A stretch of 64,000 bases of DNA from positions 28,488 through 92,487 of the forward strand of contig CAZWVI010000001.1 in NCBI GenBank assembly GCA_964637165.1, in the 5' to 3' direction. The stretch's first letter is position 1; every line of letters starts with the position of its first letter. Position numbers and translations under genes: made by a program. Positions 46,969 through 54,576 of this stretch are shown here, piece by piece. Origin of the DNA: an uncultured Planctomycetales bacterium (GTDB taxonomy: Bacteria; Planctomycetota; UBA1135). The notes beneath the pieces were generated by a model, which worked only from the letters and a program-made list of their open reading frames with translations, was not told where the DNA came from and did no database searches.

Positions 46969-47895
46969 TTACTCGAGACTTAGAGGTAGTAGTAGTTCTA
47001 GGTCGAGAGCAGTTCCACAAGGATCCGTAAGACGCATGCTTGCAAGCAAGCGAGACTGGTCCAACGAGCGGGTACGCTCGGCTGGACGCCCCTCGATTAT
47101 GACCCTGCGGCCCAATGCGTCAAAGCGAGGAATACTAGTTTGTACGGAGATGGTGGTATCACGGACATTCAAACCTTCTAAAACCCACTCAGTATTTCCA
47201 ATAGGAGCGCCTGGCCAGGCCTTGAAAGGACCTAATTGTGGCCGTCCTGGCCGATTCAGGAAAAGCATAATTGAGCCATCTTCAGTGAGACCTTCAGTTG
47301 TCCAATTCGTCCGCCTTGGCATGGTCGCGGTGGCCGCAACTGGCGCGGATTCAGCACGTACCTGAGAACCGTCAAGAACGCTACTCGGGCGGTTCAATAT
47401 AGTTCTTAGCCTATATCTGTAAGGTGTTCCCTCACAGTCGATTACGTCAAAATATTCATTCTTTTTTGTGCTTCCGAGCGGGGTCGCTGAACCGTCTCCA
47501 GCCCATCTCGTCAGCTTGTATTCAAGGCCATTGATGGGGTTGCGTATATCAGCAACCCAGGTAAGGCTGATTCCACCTGTTTGAGGCGAAGCGGTGAAGT
47601 CAATAGGCGGGTAAACCTGTGAAATGTCATCAAGGTCGGCGGTGTTGGACGAGGATGTTGTGGTGAAAACGCCAAATGTTTTTCTGCTAGGACGAACTTT
47701 GCGGCCACTTTTTTTAATGAATTTAGAAAAATTTTGGCTGGCGGCAAAAATTTGCTCTGAACTTACGACTCCACTTGGTGAATCAGAGTTTGTGGCCGGC
47801 GCTACTGCGGTTGGAGTTGGCAGGAAAGTAAGAACGGCAAATAGCAGGAGCGAAATCGCTGCGGTCACAATCGCCAGAAATCTATTGACCGACAT
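46969..47895 (-). CDS. Bitopic membrane protein with a possible FN3-like periplasmic domain, in the position of PilP/GspC upstream of the secretin
   Basis: N-terminal TM helix (FLAIVTAAISLLLFAVLTFL), an S/T-rich linker, then a beta-rich region (GGISLTWVADIRNPINGLEYKLTRW...YRYRLRTI). The functional role is inferred from position only. Confidence 0.5.
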   Translation of the reverse strand: MSVNRFLAIVTAAISLLLFAVLTFLPTPTAVAPATNSDSPSGVVSSEQIFAASQNFSKFIKKSGRKVRPSRKTFGVFTTTSSSNTADLDDISQVYPPIDFTASPQTGGISLTWVADIRNPINGLEYKLTRWAGDGSATPLGSTKKNEYFDVIDCEGTPYRYRLRTILNRPSSVLDGSQVRAESAPVAATATMPRRTNWTTEGLTEDGSIMLFLNRPGRPQLGPFKAWPGAPIGNTEWVLEGLNVRDTTISVQTSIPRFDALGRRVIIEGRPAERTRSLDQSRLLASMRLTDPCGTALDLELLLPLSLE

Positions 47896-48448
47896 TGTTC
47901 AAAATTTGTTTTACGCTAAACACTCTCATGGTGAAATCTAATTCAAGACCATCTCCGTTTTCGCTGATAGAAATATGGACGGGATCGCTTAAATAACCAA
48001 GGCGTTCAGGCATTTCAAGTAAGTGGAAGCAAAACGGAAGTAGGCTTGCGCTGCTGCCAGAAGCATTTAACTTAAGTTCGATGCATGAAAGTGATGCAAG
48101 ATGTTTGATTGACAAGCCATTTGCGTGCCCATCTCGACCAAGTCCAAGCTCGGTCCATCGTTCTAACTCAAGTCGCGCTAATTGACCAAGAAAGGGAGTC
48201 GCTAGTGATTCACTGCCGGCTAAATCGCTAAGACCCCAATCGCTTAAGCGCGTTTTAATTTGACTAACACTTGCCGCTGACGCAGCTTTGCCTAAAGTCG
48301 GCAAATACCAATCGTGATATTCCTCGATTGCCGGCGTCGAAGTCTTTTGTGAAGTTACAGTTTGTGGCAATGAAGTTGAACGATGCCACCACTGCTGGGC
48401 AAGAGCAATGTTGAATCCAATTAGGAGTGAGCAGAATATGTATTTCAA
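47882..48448 (-). CDS. Small bitopic membrane protein (188 aa), PilO/GspM-like by position and topology
   Basis: Single N-terminal TM (IFCSLLIGFNIALA) plus a ~160-aa periplasmic part. ATGA start/stop overlap with the upstream gene. No sequence motif recognised. Confidence 0.45.
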   Translation of the reverse strand: MKYIFCSLLIGFNIALAQQWWHRSTSLPQTVTSQKTSTPAIEEYHDWYLPTLGKAASAASVSQIKTRLSDWGLSDLAGSESLATPFLGQLARLELERWTELGLGRDGHANGLSIKHLASLSCIELKLNASGSSASLLPFCFHLLEMPERLGYLSDPVHISISENGDGLELDFTMRVFSVKQILNNVGQ

Positions 48449-49521
48449 AATTTATTCCGCTGATTGCTAACCCGACCGATTAAAACTCGGGGATCATGTT
48501 GACTTGAATTAAGTTTCATCGTCTCGATTAAATCAGTGTACTTAATTTTGTCGTTATCGCTGCGTGTTAGGCGTAAATGCACTTCACGGCTGGCGATGCC
48601 CGAGGATAATTCGATGTGGCTTAATGATTGAGCAGGTGCATGCTTTAGGATTTCGTCGAGGGCATCAATAGTTGCCATCCGCCTTTCGAGTAAACGGTCG
48701 ATTTCGAGTGGTAATTCGCCTAAACGGCGCAATCTGGGCATTTCGTCAGCAACTTGAGTTGAGCTTTCTTGCTCAGTTGTAAGAAGTGATTTTTGTTGGG
48801 TTTGATTAATCCAAAAGTTGAAAAGACTAAAGCTTGTTGCCAGCAAAACGCTCGCTAACCAAATCCGGTCAAGCGAAGATTTTTTAACTGGAGTTAGCGC
48901 TCCGTGTCGGGTTGGATTTTGCGCAAAAATAGCGGCACCTAAGGCTGCACGATTGGCTCCGTGTTCTTGCGGCGTGCTTTCAATTCTGATAGCTTTATAT
49001 TTCTTGGCAACACTTTCGAAAAGTAATTCTTGGCCACCAGCATTGGGCTCGGTTGCAATAACAATAGTGTTGATCGTGTGTGGGATACTTCGACATATTT
49101 TTGCAAAAACTTGATCAATCGACCCGTCGCGACTTTCGCGGCAATGAAAACTATCGCCGGGTGTTGCGGCACTGCAGTGAAGTGCATCATCGCTTAACCA
49201 GAGGTGTAAGTCGTTGTCGGTGAAACGGCCACATTCCCAATCCCAGCTTGCGGCTGCGACCGCCGGATGAACTAGACAGCTTGGGTGCGGACGTATTAAT
49301 GGCCAACGTTTTGGAAGTTGGCTTGGCCGGTGATTACCATCACAAATGCTGACTCCCCAGTTCAAGTGATGTCCAGCGCATAAACTTTTATAAAGTTGAG
49401 TTAGGTTTTTTAAGTTGGATTGGCCAGCTGAAATAACGCTTGGTGCTTGTTGCGGCAAACACTCGAGTAATGCCCAATCAACTTGAGTGCCGTTTAAGTG
49501 GAATCCTAATGACTTAACCAT
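48445..49521 (-). CDS. GspL / PilM-PilN-fusion-like bitopic protein (cytoplasmic domain, one TM helix, periplasmic domain)
   Basis: A ~215-aa N-terminal soluble domain, one TM helix (IWLASVLLATSFSLFNFWI), then a coiled coil and a ~100-aa C-terminal domain. This topology matches assembly-platform proteins of T2SS/T4P. Assignment is by architecture and synteny, not a motif match. Confidence 0.45.
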   Translation of the reverse strand: MVKSLGFHLNGTQVDWALLECLPQQAPSVISAGQSNLKNLTQLYKSLCAGHHLNWGVSICDGNHRPSQLPKRWPLIRPHPSCLVHPAVAAASWDWECGRFTDNDLHLWLSDDALHCSAATPGDSFHCRESRDGSIDQVFAKICRSIPHTINTIVIATEPNAGGQELLFESVAKKYKAIRIESTPQEHGANRAALGAAIFAQNPTRHGALTPVKKSSLDRIWLASVLLATSFSLFNFWINQTQQKSLLTTEQESSTQVADEMPRLRRLGELPLEIDRLLERRMATIDALDEILKHAPAQSLSHIELSSGIASREVHLRLTRSDNDKIKYTDLIETMKLNSSQHDPRVLIGRVSNQRNKF

Positions 49522-50167
49522 TAGTTTTCGGTAGGGCGTGGATACCTAAAAAACGCATCGCCACTTGCAAATCCTGCCAGCTGGCAGCTTTGAGTGCGGG
49601 CTGTTCGACAAGTTGCAGTGGGTGATAACTGGCAATTATTGGAATGTTAGAATCCTGCATACGCTGTAGTTGTCCGCGCGCATCTTCCAAATTTGTCACA
49701 TTGGGAACCAGGGCTTTGATTGACTGCTCGCCCATAGCGATTATTAATTTGGGGTTGGCAGCCAGTAATAATTGTTGAAATGGTGAAGCGTCACCGTCCA
49801 TCCAGCAGGCGAAAACGGTGGCACGGGGCAATTTCATGCCGCTTTCAAGCATTTTGGCAAGAAGTTCACCTGACTCACCGGAATAAATATTTTGACCTCG
49901 GCCGTTGTTGTCAGGCGCATCAAGGATCAAGAATAGTTGCGCATTGGGGTCGCCCTCACCATTTAAAGTGGCTATTTCTGCAGTTGGAACCGAGGAATCG
50001 GCAATTGGTGGCTTGGCGCGAGGGCTATCTTGGATAAAATCACCGAGCCCAATTTGCTCCAATTCTTCCAGCAACAGGGCGCAGGCGGCCCGTTGTAGCT
50101 GGTCGGGAGGAGGGGGGTGACTCATGTTCTGTATTGTGGCGTATTTCTGAAGGGACTCAAGCCACAA
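49514..50167 (-). CDS. Uracil-DNA glycosylase-superfamily protein (family-4-like, degenerate catalytic motif)
   Basis: Shows LFLILDAPDNNGRGQNIYSGESGELLAKML (the family-4 pattern is GEAPG..E...G.PF.G.AG.LL) and a C-terminal ASYHPL motif. No Fe-S cysteine cluster. Its 3' end overlaps the next gene by 8 nt. Confidence 0.5.
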   Translation of the reverse strand: MWLESLQKYATIQNMSHPPPPDQLQRAACALLLEELEQIGLGDFIQDSPRAKPPIADSSVPTAEIATLNGEGDPNAQLFLILDAPDNNGRGQNIYSGESGELLAKMLESGMKLPRATVFACWMDGDASPFQQLLLAANPKLIIAMGEQSIKALVPNVTNLEDARGQLQRMQDSNIPIIASYHPLQLVEQPALKAASWQDLQVAMRFLGIHALPKTNG

Positions 50168-50221
50168 TTGGGTTTGCGTTAAAGCGTGGAATTTCGTAAA
50201 CTTGCGCGGCTAAGATTCGGC

Positions 50222-50890
50222 ATGGCACCTAAAAAACCTGAGCTCCTAGAGCTACTTCGACAAAGTAGCAAAGATAGTGGAAATACCGCTTCGGGGTCAA
50301 GTTCTACACCAGAACCTGCGAATCCAGTTCACTCACAACCCGAAACCCCTTCCGAGCCGATTCGCTTAGCACCGCGCCGTCCCGCTCGCCGCCCAACTTG
50401 GTTGCCGGCCGCTGGTATTTTGGTGGTCGTAGTGCCAGTTTTGTGGATACTTGCCAGCTGGGCCTTTGGCGATAGTGAAGTTCTGAACGCTTCCGAAGAG
50501 CCAAAGACTGAAACCCCCGCTGACCCCATTTCAGTTGAAAAAGATGCTGAAGCGACTACAGAACCCCCGGCTACATCACCGCCGGTCGCTGTTAGCAAAT
50601 CTTTTGGCGTTAAGGTAATCACTTACGATTCCAACGACAAAAACATGCAGTATGCAAAAACTGTAGGCAAGGCATTGAAAGCAAATGGTTTGCCAAATGT
50701 GCAATTGCTGCAAATGCCTGGTAAGAAGGGATCCTTTCTTGAAGTCTTTGTCGGCAAAGCTGATAGCATTCAAGATCTTGCCAAACTACGTGGAAGAATC
50801 CGAGCCTACGAGTACCCCGTTGGCAGTGGGCAAAAACCATTTGCGTCCGCAGGTATTTTTGCACTTCCATCGACCACCTCCAATAATTGA
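50222..50890 (+). CDS. Bitopic membrane protein with a C-terminal SPOR-like domain
   Basis: The ATG at 50222 (MAPKKPELLE) is preferred. A disordered P/S-rich N-terminus is followed by a TM helix (WLPAAGILVVVVPVLWILASWAF). The C-terminal ~75 aa (FGVKVITYDSNDKNMQYAKTVGKALKANGL...LEVFVGKADSIQDLAKL) look SPOR-like. Confidence 0.45.
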   Translation: MAPKKPELLELLRQSSKDSGNTASGSSSTPEPANPVHSQPETPSEPIRLAPRRPARRPTWLPAAGILVVVVPVLWILASWAFGDSEVLNASEEPKTETPADPISVEKDAEATTEPPATSPPVAVSKSFGVKVITYDSNDKNMQYAKTVGKALKANGLPNVQLLQMPGKKGSFLEVFVGKADSIQDLAKLRGRIRAYEYPVGSGQKPFASAGIFALPSTTSNN

Positions 50891-50902
50891 CCAACCAGAA
50901 TC

Positions 50903-51154
50903 ATGTCCGTCCATAAGTCACTAAAATTCGACAGCGCTGCTGCTTCATCACGTTCCGTCCTGACCCGTCGCGAGCGCCTTGAGCGTTTGGCGCGTGATGG
51001 CAAGTGGGATGAAGAGTCTGCCTCTGTATATGGCCTTCCGAAGGTGCGTACTAAGTTTAAAGTGGTTAGTGCCAAGAAGAAAAAGGTCGCAGCCGCCACT
51101 GATAGTGATGCAGAAGCTTCGTCGGCCGAGAGCTCCGAAGATTCTGCTGAGTAA
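50903..51154 (+). CDS. Small basic protein (83 aa) with an acidic Ser-rich tail
   Basis: MSVHKSLKFDSAAASSRSVLTRRERLERLARDGKWDEESASVYGLPKVRTKFK resembles, from memory, the 'small basic protein' family annotated in Verrucomicrobia/Planctomycetes. Not verified by search. Confidence 0.5.
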   Translation: MSVHKSLKFDSAAASSRSVLTRRERLERLARDGKWDEESASVYGLPKVRTKFKVVSAKKKKVAAATDSDAEASSAESSEDSAE

Positions 51155-51174
51155 GCTGAGTCCTGAGGCCTTTT

Positions 51175-51930
51175 ATGGTGCAGGCCGAGGCATTTGTTGA
51201 GGAGCTTTTTTTAAGCATTCAAGGCGAAGGTGCTGAGGTCGGTAAGACACAGTTGTTTTTACGTTTGTCTGGGTGTCCGTTGCGTTGCGCTTACTGTGAC
51301 ACTCCTGAGTCTTGGACTAAATCAGAGACCTGCAAAGTTTGGCTTGGCGATTCTCCTGATTTAATTCCAAGCCAACTTAATGGCCAACAGATTCTCGAGC
51401 AACTTGACCGAATAGTCAAAGCCCACCATGTTGAGCGTCAAGATTTGGTGTTGTCCGTCACTGGTGGCGAACCCTTGGTTCAATGGCAATTCTTGCAAAA
51501 TTGGTTGCCTCAGCTTGACGGTAAAGTGATGTTAGAAACTGCTGGAATTTGGCCGCAAAGATTGGCGGCGCTGAGTGCCCACCTGGACATGGTTTCCTTG
51601 GATTGGAAATTGCCGTCAACCATGCTGCCAAGCGAAGTAACGGCCAACTCTTCTGAATGCTTGCAAGCCTTGGTTGAAAGTGAGTGTGAGTACTGGATCA
51701 AAATTGTTTTGAGCTCACAAGTTTCTCCCGGGGAGTTGGATTCAGCATTAAATGAAATTGTTGAAAGCTCTCCTGGACAACGAGTGTTTTTGCAGCCATT
51801 GTCTGAACGGCCAGGCGCGCCAAGTACTGTAAGTGCCAAATTTCTGCAAGCTGCACTCTTGCGGAATCAACCATTAGGACTCGACTTGAGAGTCTTGCCG
51901 CAGATTCACCCACAACTAAACATCTTGTAA
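51175..51930 (+). CDS. queE: 7-carboxy-7-deazaguanine synthase (radical SAM, QueE)
   Basis: Shows EELFLSIQGEGAEVGKTQLFLRLSGCPLRCAYCDT (QueE-type CX3CX2C region) and VTGGEPL. Confidence 0.8.
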   Translation: MVQAEAFVEELFLSIQGEGAEVGKTQLFLRLSGCPLRCAYCDTPESWTKSETCKVWLGDSPDLIPSQLNGQQILEQLDRIVKAHHVERQDLVLSVTGGEPLVQWQFLQNWLPQLDGKVMLETAGIWPQRLAALSAHLDMVSLDWKLPSTMLPSEVTANSSECLQALVESECEYWIKIVLSSQVSPGELDSALNEIVESSPGQRVFLQPLSERPGAPSTVSAKFLQAALLRNQPLGLDLRVLPQIHPQLNIL

Positions 51931-51932
51931 AA

Positions 51933-53273
51933 ATGGAAATTGAACGACCATTAGTCGCGATTGTCGGCCGACCTAACGTCGGCAAATCTTCTTTGTTTAA
52001 TCGAGTTATGGGAACTCGGATGGCAATTGTTGAGCCAACTGCTGGAGTTACCAGAGACCGTTTAATGATGCCGGTGTCGATGGCCAATCCCGATCTTGAA
52101 TTTAACTTGATGGATACCGGTGGAATTGGGATTGTCGATGACATGAACTTGGGCGAGTCAGTCGAGTACCAAGTTATGGCCGGTCTTGAAGAAGCGGCCA
52201 TGGTGCTATTCCTTGTCGATGCCCGAGAGGGCTTGACTTTGCTTGATGAGCGAGTTGCCACCTTATTACGTAAAGCAGACCGTCCAGTGATGTTGTTGGC
52301 GAATAAATGCGAAGGTCGTAAAGCCGAATTGAATCTCGGTGAATTTTTGGCCTTGGGCTTGGGAGACCCACACCCTTTATCAGCGCAAGAAGGGCGCGGA
52401 ATGAGCGATTTATATGATCAACTTTGCGGGGTATTGCCGAAAGCTGAAGATGTGGCCAAAGTGCATGATGGTGCTTTACGTTTGGCAGTGTTGGGCCGGC
52501 GTAATACTGGAAAGTCGTCCTTTATTAATCGCTTAGTAGGAGAGCAACGAGTTATTGTTAGTGATATTCCAGGGACCACTCGTGATGCGGTCGAGGTTGA
52601 TTTTGAATGGAAGGATCAACCGGTGCGCTTAGTTGATACTGCTGGAGTCCATAAGCGTAGTCGGGTAGCGAATGCAGTGGAATATTTTTCGCTGACACGT
52701 TCCGACCAAGCAATTCGTCGCGCGGATGTGTCGTTGTTATTTTTAGATTTAACTCAACTTCCGGCGCGACTCGATCAAGAACTTGGCCGCACCGTTAACG
52801 ACCGTTACAAGCCGGTCGTGGTGGTGGGTACCAAGTCTGACTTAGTGCCTGATATGACGGTTCCTGACTTTCGGGACTGGATTAGTAAAAAATTGCCGCA
52901 CTTGTCACGCTCGCCATTGCATTTAATTTCAAACACCGAGGGTCGCGGTTTAGGGGCAGTGATGGCGTCAGTATTTAAATTGCGCGAAGAATCGCTGCGG
53001 CGAGTTAGTACGGCTCAATTTAATAAGGCGCTAGTAACGACATTTACAAAACTTCGCTTTCGTGGCCGCGGTGAAAAACCTCAAGCTTTTTATGGGACTC
53101 AAATACGCGAAGAACCGCCAACTTTCTTGCTGTTCATTAATCGCAAAAAACTATTTGAGAAGGAAGTTGTGCGTTCGGTAAGTCGGGAATTAAGTGCCCA
53201 ACTAGGATTTAAGCGAGTTCCGATTCGATTAGTTTTGCGCGAGCGCAAACGAAGCCCATCTAAGCGCAGTTAA
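51933..53273 (+). CDS. der: Ribosome-associated GTPase Der/EngA (tandem GTPase domains plus KH-like domain)
   Basis: GD1 shows GRPNVGKSSLFNR, DTGG, NKCE. GD2 shows GRRNTGKSSFINRL, DTAG, TKSD. The C-terminal domain is KH-like. Confidence 0.9.
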   Translation: MEIERPLVAIVGRPNVGKSSLFNRVMGTRMAIVEPTAGVTRDRLMMPVSMANPDLEFNLMDTGGIGIVDDMNLGESVEYQVMAGLEEAAMVLFLVDAREGLTLLDERVATLLRKADRPVMLLANKCEGRKAELNLGEFLALGLGDPHPLSAQEGRGMSDLYDQLCGVLPKAEDVAKVHDGALRLAVLGRRNTGKSSFINRLVGEQRVIVSDIPGTTRDAVEVDFEWKDQPVRLVDTAGVHKRSRVANAVEYFSLTRSDQAIRRADVSLLFLDLTQLPARLDQELGRTVNDRYKPVVVVGTKSDLVPDMTVPDFRDWISKKLPHLSRSPLHLISNTEGRGLGAVMASVFKLREESLRRVSTAQFNKALVTTFTKLRFRGRGEKPQAFYGTQIREEPPTFLLFINRKKLFEKEVVRSVSRELSAQLGFKRVPIRLVLRERKRSPSKRS

Positions 53274-53282
53274 ACTGTTCTG

Positions 53283-53741
53283 ATGCGAGCAAATCTCTTA
53301 CTGTTGTTGGCGGGCTTGTTGCTGCCTACTTGTTCAGCTTTTGCGCCACCGGAAGTTTTTCCGGATTGGCAAAGCGCCACAGTTGATGGTGGTCCTCCGA
53401 TGCGTGATATGTTGCAGGCATGCAATCTTGCGGTAATTCGCGAACATTTCCCACCAGGTCGTCCCGACTTGGTCGATGGACGCTTGGAGTCTGGCTGGGA
53501 TGTGCAATTGTCTCCCTATTCAAAACGTGGTCGTCGTTCGAAGGCAATTGTTGAACTCATTGAAGACGGCTCACGAAATTATTTAGTGAAGGTACATGTG
53601 TTAATGCAGGCCAATACCGAAAAGCATCAACCACTAAATCCAAATGCCGCTGCCTGGGAAGACAAGGCCGCCAATCCGGGGCGCGCACGAATTGTGCTCG
53701 AACATATTTTGGCACAGGTTCGGCCGCGAGGTCGCGGTTAG
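53283..53741 (+). CDS. Predicted lipoprotein, function unknown
   Basis: Signal/lipobox LLLAGLLLPTC. No recognised domain. Confidence 0.55.
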   Translation: MRANLLLLLAGLLLPTCSAFAPPEVFPDWQSATVDGGPPMRDMLQACNLAVIREHFPPGRPDLVDGRLESGWDVQLSPYSKRGRRSKAIVELIEDGSRNYLVKVHVLMQANTEKHQPLNPNAAAWEDKAANPGRARIVLEHILAQVRPRGRG

Positions 53742-53756
53742 GGGGGGGCTTAGTTA

Positions 53757-54281
53757 ATGTCATCCAAATGGCAGATTCAACGCAGCAACGGTGCTTGCGG
53801 TAAATGCGAACGCAGTTTTGTTGTTAATGAAACTTTGTTCTCATTGCTGCGTTTAAGTGCTGATACGGTTGAACGCGGAGACTTGTGCTCTGCCTGTTTC
53901 GAACAAACTGAAACTGATGATTCACTTTTTTGGTGGCGTACTCGACCCGCAGAAAAGGCTAGTGGTCTTAAGTTAGACCTCGACGTTTTACTCTCCCTAT
54001 TAGCCGGAATGGAGGATGAAAAAAATCCAGCCAAATTGGACTTCAGATTTCTGTTGGCCTTATTGTTGGTACGACATCGCAAGTTGCGCCTAGTTACCGT
54101 TCTAAAACGTGGGTCGAAGGAATTGTTGTCGCTGAGGAAAGTACGCACAAAGATTGACTTTGAGGTTGAAGTGCGCGAGCTAGACGAGCAACGCAGAGAC
54201 AAGTTGTCACGAGCCCTGAGCAGCCTGATGGATCCGACTTTGGAGGTGGATTTAGACACCGAACTAAACCCTGGACTCTGA
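53757..54281 (+). CDS. Hypothetical protein with an N-terminal CxxC...CxxC zinc-ribbon-like motif
   Basis: Shows CGKCERSF...(24 aa)...CSACF, followed by a basic helical C-terminal half. It lies directly upstream of the dcw promoter region. Confidence 0.55.
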   Translation: MSSKWQIQRSNGACGKCERSFVVNETLFSLLRLSADTVERGDLCSACFEQTETDDSLFWWRTRPAEKASGLKLDLDVLLSLLAGMEDEKNPAKLDFRFLLALLLVRHRKLRLVTVLKRGSKELLSLRKVRTKIDFEVEVRELDEQRRDKLSRALSSLMDPTLEVDLDTELNPGL

Positions 54282-54464
54282 CCCCAAACGCTGGGTCACG
54301 AACTTTGCTAAGCCCTTTAGCGGGGAAAAGTTAGTTCATTCTTTTTACTTAGGTCTTGGCCTAGGTTTTTTTATTTCGCTACTTTTTAGCCTGAAACGGC
54401 TTAGGGTAAAAGTAAGCCCATTTGTTGGGGTCAGAGTCTATTTTGAAAAATAATTACTAAATTG

Positions 54465-54523
54465 CTGACGGATGGCCTCGGGACTGTTATAACAGTGATG
54501 TGGGGGAAAGTGGTGGAAAGTGG
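54465..54523 (+). promoter_or_regulatory. Candidate dcw promoter plus a triple MraZ-box operator
   Basis: A sigma70-like promoter, CTGACG (54465-54470)-N17-TATAAC (54488-54493), is followed immediately by three GTGG boxes at exact 10-bp spacing (54500, 54510, 54520: GTGGGGGAAA GTGGTGGAAA GTGGAGTACG). These lie ~55-75 nt upstream of mraZ. Confidence 0.6.
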
Positions 54524-54576
54524 AGTACGGTTCGTGCTTGCGAAAAAGCCACATTTAATCCCGTTAAACAGCATAA

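Noticed and set aside
54349-54372. Possible terminator after the zinc-ribbon gene (TAGG...CCTA followed by T7)
   Set aside because: The stem is only about 4 bp with a mismatch-prone extension, too weak to call. The T-run may simply be AT-rich leader sequence.
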